64,000 nt of DNA, from positions 55,862,001 to 55,926,000 of the forward strand of contig OZ024740.1 of the NCBI GenBank assembly GCA_964016885.1. The letters are read 5' to 3'. This DNA comes from Eledone cirrhosa (Eukaryota). Each line of letters begins with the position of its first letter. The first letter of the stretch is position 1. The translations under genes and the position numbers were made by a program. This document shows positions 14,945 through 28,710 of the stretch, one piece after another. Under the pieces are notes generated by a model, which was not told the origin of the DNA, ran no database searches, and saw only the letters and a program-made list of their open reading frames with translations.

Positions 14945-15445
14945 TAACCTGTACATAGTCGGGTCGTCCGTGACAAAACCGACAACCCCACCAAGCTCAC
15001 TTTCTTGGTGAGGAGGGTGATTTTTGGACGCCCTGGGGGATGAAAAACAGAACCCGTTCAAGGGCTGAGGATTTTAGGAGAGTCAACGGCCAGCTTGTAA
15101 ATTGTTCTTGTTATTATGGAGCGAGAGACTCCTAGTCTTCATTATGACATCTCTCTAGGAGGTTACTATGACGTAAAACCTGCGACTTGGTTTGCATCCA
15201 ATGATGTAGACTAGTGCCTCTTCTGGGTCAAATGCATTCGATGTTCAGATTGGCCCCGTTCAAAGCCTTTCCTCACTTCAAAAATGCTTCAAACACATGC
15301 ATTGTATGATATATGACATTTTTTGCATTGCATGGTATTGCCGGCCATAGGGAAGTCCCTAGGATGACTAAATAGTCACGTCCGTGGTGCTTAAGTATCA
15401 AGCAATGGCATTAATCGAAATCGAGTTGCAGCCATCATGTTTATA
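14945..15445 (+). repeat. Interspersed non-coding repeat, family C (related copies at 15565-15960, 29535-29720, 45157-45597)
   Basis: Shared agagtcaacggcca..., gatgttgac and cagagagtgggattgg..cagtgcaa.gcctttcc.cactt.aaaa blocks. Confidence 0.7.
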
Positions 15446-15564
15446 TGCAGGTTTTATATCAGATTGACCTTCTCCTAGTGATATGTCTTAATTAAGACAA
15501 GGAATCTCTCGCTCCACAATAATATCATGTCAGGTCGCTCTCGATTGCTAGTGGTAACATGTAA

Positions 15565-16545
15565 CCCAGTACAACCTGTCTCAAGGTCTGGTCGTCGGCG
15601 ACTAAACAGGCCACCCCACACCAAGCTTGCTTGGCGAGGAGGGTGTTATTTGAACACCCTGTGGGATGAAATACAAGACCTGGCAAAGGGCGGGGGAACT
15701 CAGCAGAGTCAACGGCCATCCAAATAGTACTTTTCTTTCACCTGAGAGTGAAAGGCCTTCAGTTGTTGTCGCAACACCTTTCTAAGAGATGGAAATCTAA
15801 AGAAAAAACCTACGGCTTCGGAAGAATCCAATGATGTTGACCAGTTCTCCTTTTCGGGTAGTGTTTTCGATGCTCAGAGAGTGGGATTGGTCCAGTGCAA
15901 GGCCTTTCCCCACTTAAAAACCCTTGAAAGCACAGATATTGCTTGTCCGGGATATGTTACAGGTTTGTGTGGTTGGCTGTAGTCTAAACGTGCAAAGAAC
16001 TTTATAATCTGACAAGCGATTGCAATACTCTTAGCAGAGTTTGCAGCTATCATGTATGTGGACATGTATTTGCATCTAGGCAGTACTCTAAATATGTCTA
16101 ATACTTTAGATGATGAAATCTTCCGAATCAAGAAGGCAACTGATGCATTAGGAAAACTGTCTTTAGTCTCAGCGTTTCCACTGAGTTGGAAAAGAATAAT
16201 GTCTATGTTCCTCCTTCGTTGCTGTATGTATCTGAGACTTGAGTTATCTACCGGAAGCATCTCAAACGGTTATATTACTTTTACTAAAGAGTCCTCGACA
16301 TATTCAAGGAATCCACTGGAAAATGTACATTAGTGATACTGAAGTCTTTGAACGTCGTCAGTCTACCTGTATAGAGTGTCTCATATTTCAGCTTCGATTA
16401 CGATGAAGTAATTATGTGGCGAGAAGGGATAATGATAGCCTCCTGAGAAGTTCATGTAGAGTCAGCTAGTCTACTGCACATGATCTGTGCACAAATGGAA
16501 ATTGGGATAGAAGGATTACATTGAAATATAAACATGTCAGAGAAT
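15565..16545 (+). mobile_element. Family C head joined to a decayed RTE-type ORF C-terminus
   Basis: YLHLGSTL..DDEIFRIKKATDALGKL-like segment at 16060-16160 and degenerate downstream motifs. Confidence 0.6.
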
Positions 16546-17017
16546 GACCCCCTCCTTGGAACACACATACGTACAAGACAATCATAGGTACATTATATTG
16601 TATAATAAATAGTAATCACCCACTCCACCTATTCCACTATAAATACATGAAATATAATCACTACCACTTCCTCCGTAGTACAACGAAATGTGGATATATT
16701 GAATAATTCAAATCTATACTCCTAACCGTAATTTAAGATAATTTAAGTGCCAATTTAGTTATTAGTAAATAAAATTGAACCAAATATCGATTAGATTTTA
16801 AATAAATAGCACCGACTGATAGTTCCTTTTTTTTTTCCTTTGTTTTGTTTTTTTCAGATAACTAACAAATAATTCGTCACTTCGTTGACAGACACATTTA
16901 ATTTGCCGATCGGTGAATTTTGACAATTGTTTGATTAGGGCGATCAGCGGCTAGGTTTGACGCCACTTTTCTGAAGGTCACGATAACCATACCTGGAGGC
17001 AGACATACACACACGCG

Positions 17018-17105
<88 letters not shown>

Positions 17106-17639
17106 TATATTTTTTTATAAATAAAATTCAACCCCCTCTCTACCATTATTCTTACTTAAGTTGACCAGGCAGATTCACTCGGATGCGCACATACATATAA
17201 ACACTCACTAAGCTAGATATTTACACACACAACCACTCCCTAACCATAAAAATGAACACATATATGAAAAGAAATTACAATTGGATAAATAACGTATACC
17301 CTTATTTGGACAAACCAAACCCCTGATGATACAGCCAGTAAACCGCCAAGCCCTTCAGCAAAGCGTCAGGAACTACCTATTAAAACGGCAAGAGCTCGGC
17401 CGTCGGGTCCCGACTCTTTATAATATAACCATACACTATTACCCCAAGTATCGAGTACTCTTTTCAGTAATTTTCAAACCAATTTCAAACTGAATCAATC
17501 CTGATTTACTGATTTATATAGTTCCTACTATTGTAGTGGAACACTCTTCGACCCGTACCACACTTCTATCCCGGCTCATATTAACGCATTCTTGTTTCAA
17601 ACCTGGTTACTTTATCTCACCATGCGATAACACACCATC

Positions 17640-18960
17640 GACTTTTCGACGAAGAACATTCCAAATCCACCGAGAAAAATCTGCTTAAGGACACTCACAC
17701 AAAAAATCGATATGTTCGTGAAACGCTTGAGATGGCGTGCCTTCTTTTATGACAGACGTGAAAATACACACAAGCTTGACCAAAACGATAAATACCGATT
17801 CGAAACCTACAGAACACATCAGCCACCCCCTTACTCTCACCGTTCGTAGCGGATCTATTCAACCTGGTCAAATGAGTTAAGTTCAAGCACCGTACCAACC
17901 AATTACAACAACAACTCCGTCATAAGATACGCGAGTACGGAAGCACCAACTATATCCTCGTGTACTCCATCAAAACCCGCTATTCACATTTTGTCAACCC
18001 AGGTAGTTACAATTCCCTGATTAACAACAGCTTTACCCCCACCTACAGAAAGTTAAATCCTTGTGTGATCCAGGAGATAAATGCGGAGGGACGCAATATC
18101 ACATTCAACCTCACTATTTTAGTTTGAACTGAACCTTTCGACACACGCATTCCTTAATTCACCCTCAAGGGCCATAAAACACGCTTCGATCGCAAACCTA
18201 CCATCCGCCTTATAAACCCGATGAAGTCAGACATAGGGAGGATAAGTAAAAGGATCCTGGATAAAATTATACCGAAAGTTATGCAACAAGCGAGGTTCAG
18301 CCTATGGAATAGTACACATTTCCTGGTTCCAAAGTATCACTGACAACGCGAATAATAAGTTTACCTAGTTCGACATCGAGAATTACTACGTCCCAATAAC
18401 TAAACTGCTCTTGGGGGTCGAAATTACGCCCGAAATATCATAACCATTAATGATGAGGAAATCGACATAATACTCTACGATTGGAAGACCCTCTTGCTCT
18501 TCGAAAACTCACCAGGATAAAAAGGGCCCCAGACTCGCGCTTCAATGTTAGTATGGGAGCAACAAACTCGGTGGAGGTAACAGATATGATAGGCCTGTAC
18601 ATACTCCAGAAACTAATAGAAAGATTTCATGCTTTCGGAGGATTCATGCATAAAGATGACGGGCTTGTGACTCTTACCGGACACAATCCTAGTAGTACAG
18701 ACTGGGTTCACAAACATCTCATCAAGTTCTTCTGGGAATTAGGATTTTACGTCACCTTACAAACGTCCCTCACCTGTACCAACTTCTTAGACATAACCCT
18801 AAACTTGGAGAACCAGCTTCACTACCCCTTCAGGAATCCCAATGAAAACGTACATTATATCCACCTATACTCAAACCACTCAAGAATATAATTAACAATT
18901 TGGTAAAGTATATCTCCTTCCCTATATCACGCCTGTCTGTTAACAAACATATCTTCCATA
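17640..18960 (+). pseudogene. Decayed Naiad-type PLE reverse transcriptase
   Basis: LKGHK..FDRKPTIRLINPMKSDIGRISKRILDKI; FDIENYY; FNVSMGATNSVEVTDMIGLY; HKDDGL; NFLDITLNL. Confidence 0.88.
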
Positions 18961-19187
18961 TTATTCATTTTGAGAGCCACATCTGACAGAGACATACAAT
19001 ATCTGAGCTTTAATAATAGATTCAATCACATCACATCAACGGCCACGTATCCACTACAAGACGACTATTGTCAACTCCGAACTGGCTTAGTCGCTCTAGC
19101 TGCACTACGCTACACGATAGAAGCATAAACTTCATTTATTTTATTGTATAGTTGAATAAAACAAGAATAATATATAAATAGTGCGAG

Positions 19188-19470
19188 TACGCGTGGCTTA
19201 ATGATTAGAGCGTTTCATTCACATCACATTGTGAGTTCGCGTGATGCGTTGCGTTCTTAAGCAACACATTTTATATCACGTTGCTCCTATTCGGTCAGCT
19301 GGAAAAATAAGTTGCAGCGTCAATTGTGCCAAACTGTGTCGGCATTTACCTTTCCCTTGGAGAGCATAGGTGACACGGAGAGGACAGATTGATATGCATG
19401 GGCGACAGATTGCTTTGCATGGTGTTCCAAAAAAATAGCTTTTGTTGACATTGTGCTTCAGAGGAGAGCT
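19188..19470 (+). mobile_element. tRNA-derived SINE, family B (decayed)
   Basis: gcgtggcttaatgattagagcg head, then ttcttaagcaacacattttatatcacgttgctcc; similar to the minus-strand copy at 44870-45075. Confidence 0.65.
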
Positions 19471-22400
19471 AGTGCTTTTTTACCCTTTATGTAAATACCA
19501 ATTTCTAATTCCTGATGAATGCAACAGGGAAAAGGGTATGCTCACCCAGTCAATATGCGCAGGATACGCTGTATTAATTTAGTGTTTTTGTATAATCCAA
19601 CATATTAAACTCTTCATACACGTGTCTTTTAGTATTTATGTTCTGGTAAAAATATTTAATATTTCTATTTTATAGTTTCATCGAATCCTCTCCATCGTAA
19701 TTCATCACACCTGCATCAGCTTTTAGTCCCCCGTAGTATGAAATGCAGTGTAACAGTTATTTTACAAGACTTTGTTTAATAGCAACTTAATACATTTTTC
19801 TTGTAAAGAATTTCACAAATATCTATAACTTGGATAGATTATTAATTTTAATTTTCCATTATACTTCTTTAGAATTAAAACGTTTGGTTTTCATCCTCAA
19901 TAACAAATCAACATATTAAGTTTAAAAGATATGTAGATATACGGCTTCGCTTATTAACTGAAATCTATAAGACAGAAGCCTATGTATATGATATTACGAA
20001 GACAAAAAGCATATACATACTACTTAACAAAATATTGTACGCATATAATATAAAGATTTAGGGGATATTTGAGGGAAATTGTGTAATTCTGTTTAAATGA
20101 TACACCTCACTTCCATTCACAAAATTATTCGGCCATCCCTGTCGTTCTATTATTTTGATACAGTGTCAATAATCTTTGGCAGCAAAGTGAGATTACAATA
20201 GAAACGAAGAGCAATACGATTAGCATCTCTAATTTTCTGATTAAACCGCTACGAAAGCCTTTAAAATGTTCGATTGATTGGATATCTTAATCCCATAATC
20301 CGATTAAGTAACTAAAATGTCGGAGATATACTTCAAAATCCTTTTCGGATTTCCTTTTTTTTTAATAATTAATCTACATGGACAAATGAATCAAAACAGA
20401 ATGCTTAAATTCCTTTGAGATGATTTAATACAACTAACTAATAATCACTTTAATAGAAGCATATTTGATTTGATCTTTGGGTCATTCGCAAAAGGTTAAA
20501 TAGTACTTGATCGCTGCTTTTGTTACGGTTTTTAATTTTAAAAGATATAATCCTCTAAAATATTCTTTTCAAAAAACGTTCTTATAAAGTGCATCAGGTA
20601 AACCAATGGAATAATTATTATGAAGTATCTGAAATTCTTGATTCAATAAGTAGCCGATCTTGTGTTTCAACTGTAGAGAAAATGTTTAATGTTGGACAGA
20701 GACAGATGTTTTGTTAGGTTTTCTGCCAAATTTCATGTAGATTTGTTTATTATTACTGGTATTTTGGCCTGAAATATTGACTTTGAAGTTGAGTGAAATC
20801 TTGACTCTGGTGGTGAATATTTATTTCTATCACTAAAGCTTTCCATCGCTGGTTTGCCATTGATAACCGGTTATTAGTTGCATATTGTCAGACCATATCT
20901 CCTGTCTGAGAATATTAGGATATTCTATACTTCTAATCTTCGAGGTCATGCAGAAAGTTCACGGGGACTGGTGATGACAAACAAAAGAATTACGAATTTC
21001 ATTGCCCTCCTTCATAGATATATTTGTCAGTTTCAACGAAAGTAAGTTATGTAAAACTTACATTAGCTTAAACTTACAAATTGTTATATAAACAGTGTAG
21101 TTTTTTCATCGCTGCCAGTGCATTACTTGTACTCATTTCATCGGTGCTGGTGTGAATTTTTTACAAACACAATCTTGATGGGATTTGATCACAAACGCAA
21201 AGAAAATGTAATTACCGCAAAATATTTATTCAAGCATCTATTACTTCTGCCAATCCATTATATGAAATGATAATGTATTTATTAACTGTGTAGAACTTAT
21301 ATTCAAATATTTAAATTAAATTTATTTCTTGGGTTTTTCTTTCATAATTGTGACGCTTTATTTCTATGCGTTTATTCAACAAATATAAGCCATAGATGGT
21401 GTTAATTATAATGTTTATTTAGTGTATATTCAGCAATACTTATAATAATCCACATTTCTTCTAGCTATCAACATTATTTATTCTATGAGGAGTTCTGCAG
21501 TTTTCTATGGAGTTTGTTATAATAAACCTGTATTATTACATAGCGAAATGACGTTATATAACAGTTTGAGGTCATTAATATAAGGCAACATTTATTAATA
21601 TTGAAAATAAGTCTCAACATTTTCATTTTGTGCACCTGAAGGCTTATGATGTTGAATTATTTTGATTTGCAATGCTTCTGGATTAAAGAATGTTTCTAAC
21701 CAAAAACTTAATGTTAAATAAATTATTCCCGTGGTGATCTATATATCTTAGGATAGAAACTCGAATTAATAGTTTTATATTGTCTATGTCGTCATCAATA
21801 GGTTTGGAAATATATATATTGTGGCTATTTTTGAAGTGCGTTTTCATTCATTTCCATTTAATAAGAAATAGAAAAAGATGAAATAATCTGAGTCACATAT
21901 ACTGAATAAATATATATGAATGAACAAAGGAAACTTTGGAATGTTTAAATTATATATATATATATATATAAGAATCGCAGGGAAGCGAATTTATGAGAAG
22001 TAAGCTTTGATTCGAAACCATACATGTTAGAGATTCACATCTTGTAATCACAATGTACTGAGCTCATTATCAAAATACTTAATTGCTCAGTCAACTAGCC
22101 TGTAGATAAGTAACACACAGTGATCTGGGGAGAGAAGGTTTTGTTGATTTGAATGTCCAATTGTAGATAATAAAGTTAAGTGCGATGTTTTCAGTGAAGC
22201 AAACTATTTTATGGTGTCTATTTTCGGTGGGGTCGAGGGGAGATATTATATCAATTCGGGATAAATAGTGAGTTGGGAATTTGAAACCAAAGATTTGCTC
22301 AATGACTCACTGAATTATTAGTTTGCAAGAAAGACGATTGTTTTTGTCCGGATTTTTTTTCTGTACTTGTGTATATCCAAGATCAATTTTGCGTACTAAA

Positions 22401-22493
22401 TTAAGAGACATTAATATCAAAATTACCTCGGCCACTTTGCATACAACTACAAGTATCGATGTGTGAGTGTACATATATATATATACACACACT

Positions 22494-22588
<95 letters not shown>

Positions 22589-22739
22589 ACAAAACCATTG
22601 CAAACTTGAGTGAGTCCTGAGTATTAGAATCTTCTTGATTATACTGCTGTATTTCATTTTAAATTCTTTGAAATCAATTCTAGTAAAATTATTCATGAAA
22701 TACACCTCATTTATTTGCGTCGTGACGGAGATATTTGAA

Positions 22740-22789
<50 letters not shown>

Positions 22790-22934
22790 TACGTAGACAA
22801 CGAAGCGTATGTGCATAAACGCACCTGTACCGTATCGTATTTGTGACAGTATTGTATAAGCTCAATGTACAAGAACAGAGCCGTTATATGTAAAAGAAAT
22901 CAAAGAACGCCTACATACTCATACAATTTTTATT

Positions 22935-22981
22935 TGCAGACAATGTTTCATCCATACCATGGGGCAGGAATCATCAGAGCT
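22935..22981 (-). ncRNA. Minimal hammerhead ribozyme motif
   Basis: Minus strand: CTGATGA-tTCCTGCC ccat GGTAtGGAt-GAAAC-ATT-GTC; stem I weak. Confidence 0.7.
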
Positions 22982-23221
22982 TTATAAACAAAAATACAGT
23001 GCTGAGTATAAGCTCTACCAAGCTTAGTCAATTGAACATTAGAAATACATTAGAGGGTAACAAGAGGGAGATCAGAAATGGTGAGTATGGAGAGAATGCA
23101 TAATGGGGTTCTTATTCAACATTACAGCTACATACGAGGGTACAGGCAGATTTTTTCACAAGAGGCGGAAGCACGTGAGGCGCACATAAACAAATAAAGC
23201 ATATAACGATAGTTAAAACAT

Positions 23222-23290
23222 ATAATTGTTTCTACTTTAGGCACAAGGCAAGCAATTACCCAGTACATTATTGGTACTTTATTTATCGAT
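23222..23290 (-). mobile_element. SINE family A, 3' fragment
   Basis: ataattgtttctactttaggcacaaggc..ggtacttta. Confidence 0.65.
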
Positions 23291-23800
23291 AATAAAACAT
23301 ATAATAATAAAGTAAAAAGAAAATAATAATATAAAAAGATAAATAAATAATTAAAAAAGTAATTAAAAACTATATATAACAGGTGATTTAGTTCTCCATA
23401 ACTTAGAGTTATAAAAATACTAAGAGGCCCCTAAGGCACCTTCAGAAAGTCCAAAGGGGATTTAATTCATCCCATAGTATACATAATCAGGGTATATTAG
23501 TAGGTTACGGAATTACGTGGACCAGGGGTGCTAAACATGTACATAGAAAAGCACAAAATCAATACAAGCCAAACACAAACAAAGCGGGGTTAAAGCATGA
23601 TCAAGCTGAAGCAAAAATACATAACAAATATGGTTTAGTCCCTGTATAAGGTACATCTGGCGAGGAGTCACAACATATGGATATCCACCGTAGAGGTTAG
23701 TCCAATCGGTTTCATATGCCCCGATTGGCGAATATACATATACATATATATATATATGTGTGTGTGTATGTTTATATATATATATATATATACATATATA

Positions 23801-24990
23801 CCTCCCTGATGACGAAAGGATTTTCTTCATGTTGTTCCATTCGGAAACCATGTTTATTCCCTTTCAGAAACTAATTAGTTGGAGTGAAATTTTAGTAAGT
23901 TAATTTTTATAATTTTCTTATTTTACGTCTTTCATATAATTGTTCTGCATCCCTTGCATTGAACCACAAAGTTACTAAGACAAAACCAATATATTTGCTA
24001 GCATAGGTATGCATCTGTATATATATGTTGGTAGATATACTAATTCTTTATAATTATCTCCAAATTATTTTGTTGAGCAAAAATTTGCCAAAATTGCTAC
24101 TATAGTTCATAGTAATAGTTCGGCTACTGTCTTATTAGCACCCCACTCCTCACTGATTAACCTCGATGTCACGTGATTGATTCTTTTGAATTTGCCACAG
24201 ACCAAGTAGGCAGTGATTTTTTCAATGTCCTGGAATTTAGTCCTCGCTTGCTTTTATCCATCCACTGAATTATGTTTGTATAAGTTCCCTGTGTCCACGA
24301 TTGCTTGGGAACTTAGCTGAGAATAGACCTCCCTGATGACGAAAGGATTTTCTCCATGTTGTTCCATTCGGAAACCATGTTTATTCCCTTTCAGAAACTA
24401 ATCAGTTGGAGTGAAATTTTAGTAAGTGAGTTAATTTTTATAATTTTCTTATTTTACGTCTTTCATATAATTGTTCTGCATCCCCTTGCATTGAACCACA
24501 AAGTTACTAAGACAAAACCTATATATTTGCTAGCATAGGTATGCATCTGTATATATATGTTGGTAGATATACTAATTCTTTATAATTATCTCCAAATTAT
24601 TTTGTTCAGCAAAAATTTGCAAAATCTACTACTATGGTTCATAGTAATAGTCAGGCTACTGTCTTATTAGCACCCCACTCCTCACTGATTAACCTCGATG
24701 TCACGTGATTGATTCTTTTGAATTTGCCACCGACCAAGTAGGCAGTGATTTTTTCAATGTCTTGGAATGTAGTCCTCGCTTGCTTTTTTCCAGCCACTGA
24801 ATTATTTTTGTATAAGTTCCCTGTGTCCACGCATCGCCTGGGAACTTAGCTGAGAATTGACTATCTGATGACGAAAGGTATTCTCCATGTTGTTCCATTC
24901 GGAAACTATGTTTATCCCTTTCAGAAACTAATTAGTTGGAGTGAAATTTTAGTAAGTAAGTTAATTGTTATAATTTTCTTATTTTACGTC

Positions 24991-24996
<6 letters not shown>
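23801..24996 (+). mobile_element. Tandem ~530 bp repeat (about 2.25 units) with one hammerhead motif per unit; retrozyme-like
   Basis: CTGATGA at 23806, 24333 and 24865 (periods 527 and 532), each followed by CGAA.GG..CC.TTCG-GAAAC(C/T)ATGTT; (TA)n on both sides. Confidence 0.85.
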
Positions 24997-25042
<46 letters not shown>

Positions 25043-25046
<4 letters not shown>

Positions 25047-25093
25047 TCAGAAGATCCCGTTACGGGTGAAAGCAGCGATTTTTTGCTTAAACT
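25043..25093 (+). ncRNA. Type-I hammerhead-like motif with CAGAAGA core variant
   Basis: AGTTT-CAGAAGA-tCCCG tta CGGGt-GAA-AGCA loop TGCT-T-AAACT; second copy at 43566-43616. Confidence 0.65.
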
Positions 25094-25219
25094 TTAATCT
25101 GTTATTTTAATAAATATTTGCTCTACGGTTCTTATATATTTGATATATATTTATCGTTATCGAGCCCTCTTTAGATTTTTGTCTTCAAATTTATTATTAT
25201 TACTATATGTATATATATA

Positions 25220-25257
<38 letters not shown>

Positions 25258-25260
<3 letters not shown>

Positions 25261-25725
25261 TCAACATCATCAGGTCGAGCTTGCTCGGTTTTCTACGACA
25301 CGTTTCCTCCATCCATCTCTGTCCCTCATAGCGTTTGCCAGTTCTTCCGCAGTGCATCCAGTATCGTCCTCAAGTTGCTTGACGTATGTCTTCTTGGGAC
25401 GACCAGCGTTTCTTGCTCCATGAGATGGACTCCATAACAATACATCACCTGCTATTTCTTCCTTGCTGCGCCAACAGTTGCCAGCAAATCTAAGTCTCTG
25501 TCCACGTATTGACCTGCTGATAGGTGGTATATTGCCATAGAGATCCTTATTTGTTGGGTGTTCCCTCCAAGACACGTTTAAAGCAGCGCGGAGCATACGT
25601 GTGTATGCCCCATCTAGCTTTTTCTCTAATTTCGACGTTAGCGTCCAAGTGATAGAGCCATAAACAAGCACAGATTTCACAGCAGCTCTGAAGAAATTCC
25701 TTTTCAGTTTGGCCGGCAGGTTTGA
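25258..25725 (-). mobile_element. RTE/RTE-X-type LINE 3' fragment with (GAT)n tail
   Basis: SVLVYGSITWTLT..LDGAYTRMLRAALNVSWREHPTNKDLYG..QRLRFAGNCWR..GRPKKTY. Confidence 0.88.
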
Positions 25726-25756
25726 TCATCATGGTATTTGAAGTCGTCAACTTGCT

Positions 25757-25826
<70 letters not shown>

Positions 25827-26716
25827 ATAGCTTTCACCGTAGTTTTGACTAAAGGGATTTTAGCTTGATAACGGGGTTTAGAACCCTCAGATAAATGGAA
25901 AAAGATGAGTATTGACGTACATATATATATATAATTTAGGACAGTCCGCTGCTCGCTAAAACTCGTTCTGGTTCACCGAGCTACTCTCAGGCACAGTATG
26001 TTTGATTTTTTCGCCTCATTAAACATCTTCACTTTGAACTGATTATATTTTGATGATTCTGTAGGCACCATCTCTCTCACTCTCTATCAACCTCTATCCT
26101 CTCCTCCTCACTCTATATATCTATCTATATCTATATATCTCTCTCTATCTTTCACTTTCGTAAATAACTGGAATTTTTTATCTTCTTCATCTGCCATTTT
26201 CATCCTGATCGTGTATTGATCTTCTACGTCTCTAACTAACTCTTCCGTTATATAAATTAATTTTTCCGTCTCTACTGGCATTAACCTATCTACATACATT
26301 TTCAACAAACTCACTGATGTCGAAGTCTAACTCAACTTCACTCCCTACCTCCCTGCACATGCACACCAAAGAATCTATCCCCTACTCTAAAGTCTTCCAT
26401 ATCTACCACGACTGCAGCCACCAACATAATTTTAAAACTCAACTTTAGTATTTCCCTAACCCCTCCACACACACGCTTTACACTTCTAACGGGGCATCAT
26501 GCCGTGCTTCTGATTCATTCATCTTTTCCCTTTTCAGTTATAATTCATCCCACCCAATCTTACCCTCAAACCTGCACGAAATCTCCACCACGCTTTCATC
26601 CTTAGCTTCTTATGTCTCAAACACGAGACTCCAGTCGACTTTCCGTTTCCACAATCATTGTTGTACCCACTGATTATTCCTCACCAATACTAGAGGAGCG
26701 AACAATCTTTTCTTCC

Positions 26717-26756
<40 letters not shown>

Positions 26757-26767
26757 TTCTCCCTATT

Positions 26768-26825
<58 letters not shown>

Positions 26826-28590
26826 AAAATAGTGACAACAAAACAAACGACAAACACAGTCCTGCCCAACCCCTCCCCACCTAAAACAACTCCAGAAACA
26901 CCCACACGCAACAGTTCCCCAAAACGTACCCCTCCCCAACAACACGGATGAGGCCTCATCATCGTCACCCAGTGCGATGAGGGAGAGCCTTTCCCACCAG
27001 TAAAAAGAAAAAAGAAAAGACATAAGACAAACAAAAATGCAACAAACACACAAACACCAACACAAGCGACGCAAACAGCACAAACAAAAACACCCCCTCC
27101 TGAAAACAAAACACCTACTACAAAACGTAAACACACACAAGAACCACAGGCAAAAAGCAACCCAACACAACAAAAATGTTACACCTACATAAATACTAAC
27201 AATAAAACTTTAACAGACACCATATATAAAAACCCTGCGGTGGAGACTGAAGGAAAACTTTTACACACTCTTCGGAGAATCCTAATCTTAAAATGATTAG
27301 GACCTCCATGGACACACATAAACAGCTGAAAGAAAAATTTCCTAACGACGTAGGTAATCCCTGCGTCAAACCCTACAATCGAGTCCTGTTAAAATGTTTC
27401 CCCACCAACACCCCCATCCCACCAGACATCCCCTCGCCACCAAACATCTCTGTCCCCACCCCTCCAGAGACCACCACCCCACCAAACAACCCCTCCAACA
27501 CCCCCATGGAAATTGTGCAGTCTGGTCCCCAGGAGACGAAGAGGTGAGTGATTTATTTTCCTCTTCTGTTAACTTTTCAGCACCAACATAAGAGTTGGAT
27601 GTGTGAATGTACGCGGCCTGGGGATGCCCTGGAAACAGGGCAAACTCTTAAACGACCTCAGGTCGCACAGCATGGATGTAGTAGCCATTTGCGAGTCCAG
27701 GATACACAGCGAGCTACAACTGGCCCCCATCTTCGACGACTTTGAGATCTACGCATCTCTCTGTCAGCCGGGAGGTGGGGTTGGGTTGGCGTTTTGCTGC
27801 GGAAACACCTGGACCTCGTAGCACAGACGGTACATCTGGACCTGGAGGGTCGACTGGTGGTCCTAGACGTTGACGGTAGTGAAGGTGGAGCTTTCAGGCT
27901 GGTGGCCGCATATGCCCCGTCCGGGACACCGCGGCCAGACTTCTTCAAACGTCTAGAGACTTTTCTGGGAACGTCCCACTCCCTGCTGTTAGTGGTGGAC
28001 GGAAATGGAATCCTAGATGCACGTTGGAATTATGTGGGAGCATGTCCCGATAGAGGGGGATGTAACAGCCTCAAACAGTTAATCGGCCGATTTGACCTGG
28101 CCGATAAATATCGACTAGATTTTCCGACTGTGCCACTATGTGTTATGGCTATGGTGAAAGAGGTTATATGGTGGACGAGGTTAAAAGGGTCAGACACCTT
28201 TCTCTCCGGCGAGCAACTGATTCGTTTTTTCAAATATCATTTTGGAAGAAGAATCAGGATGGAGAGAGATGTACTGTACCCCAGCAAATTTTATAAAAGG
28301 TGGGTGAATGTGGCAAGAATGGCCCGAGTGGTTGGGCCTTCTCTTTATATGAGCCTGTAGGTTGAGGAAAAAGAGGAAGAGAGGAAGGGAGTCCTCACTC
28401 TTGGTGCTCCTGGAGATGAGGGTTGTTCATTTGTTCGGGGTGTGTACAACCCTTGTGTAACACCTCCCCCTATTGGGGATTTCAATTGTTATTTGTTGTT
28501 TTATTAATAGTTTTATTTTCATATACCTGTATGTAAACTCTCCATTTGTATTTGTCCCTCTTTTGTGCCCTTGTGGCTAATAAATAAATT
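26826..28590 (+). mobile_element. L1/Tx1-type LINE, 5'-truncated and internally deleted (ORF1 end, APE N-half, ORF2 C-terminus, 3' UTR)
   Basis: NVRGLG..LLNDLRS..DVVAICES; FRLVAAYAPSG; jump from DFPTVP to LCVMAMVKEVIWWTRLKG; homologous to 35574-40290. Confidence 0.88.
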
Positions 28591-28710
28591 TATCTATCTC
28601 TCTCTTCTCTATATCGATGGTTATTCACTTCGCAGATCCACTTACCTCAAGCAAACGGGCTGCGTATGTTGGATTGATTCAAGAAGCGCCTGGGTGACAC
28701 CCCTAAAAAA

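Noticed and set aside
17318-17350. CTGATGA-TAC agcca GTA-AAC upstream of the PLE RT (similar relics at ~3160-3203 and ~5675-5715)
   Set aside because: Core nucleotides or stems are missing; plausible decayed pLTR hammerheads but not supportable.
19500-22300. Possible host exons in repeat-poor AT-rich stretches (also 30400-34400 and 63030-64000)
   Set aside because: No recognisable protein motif or convincing splice-bounded ORF.
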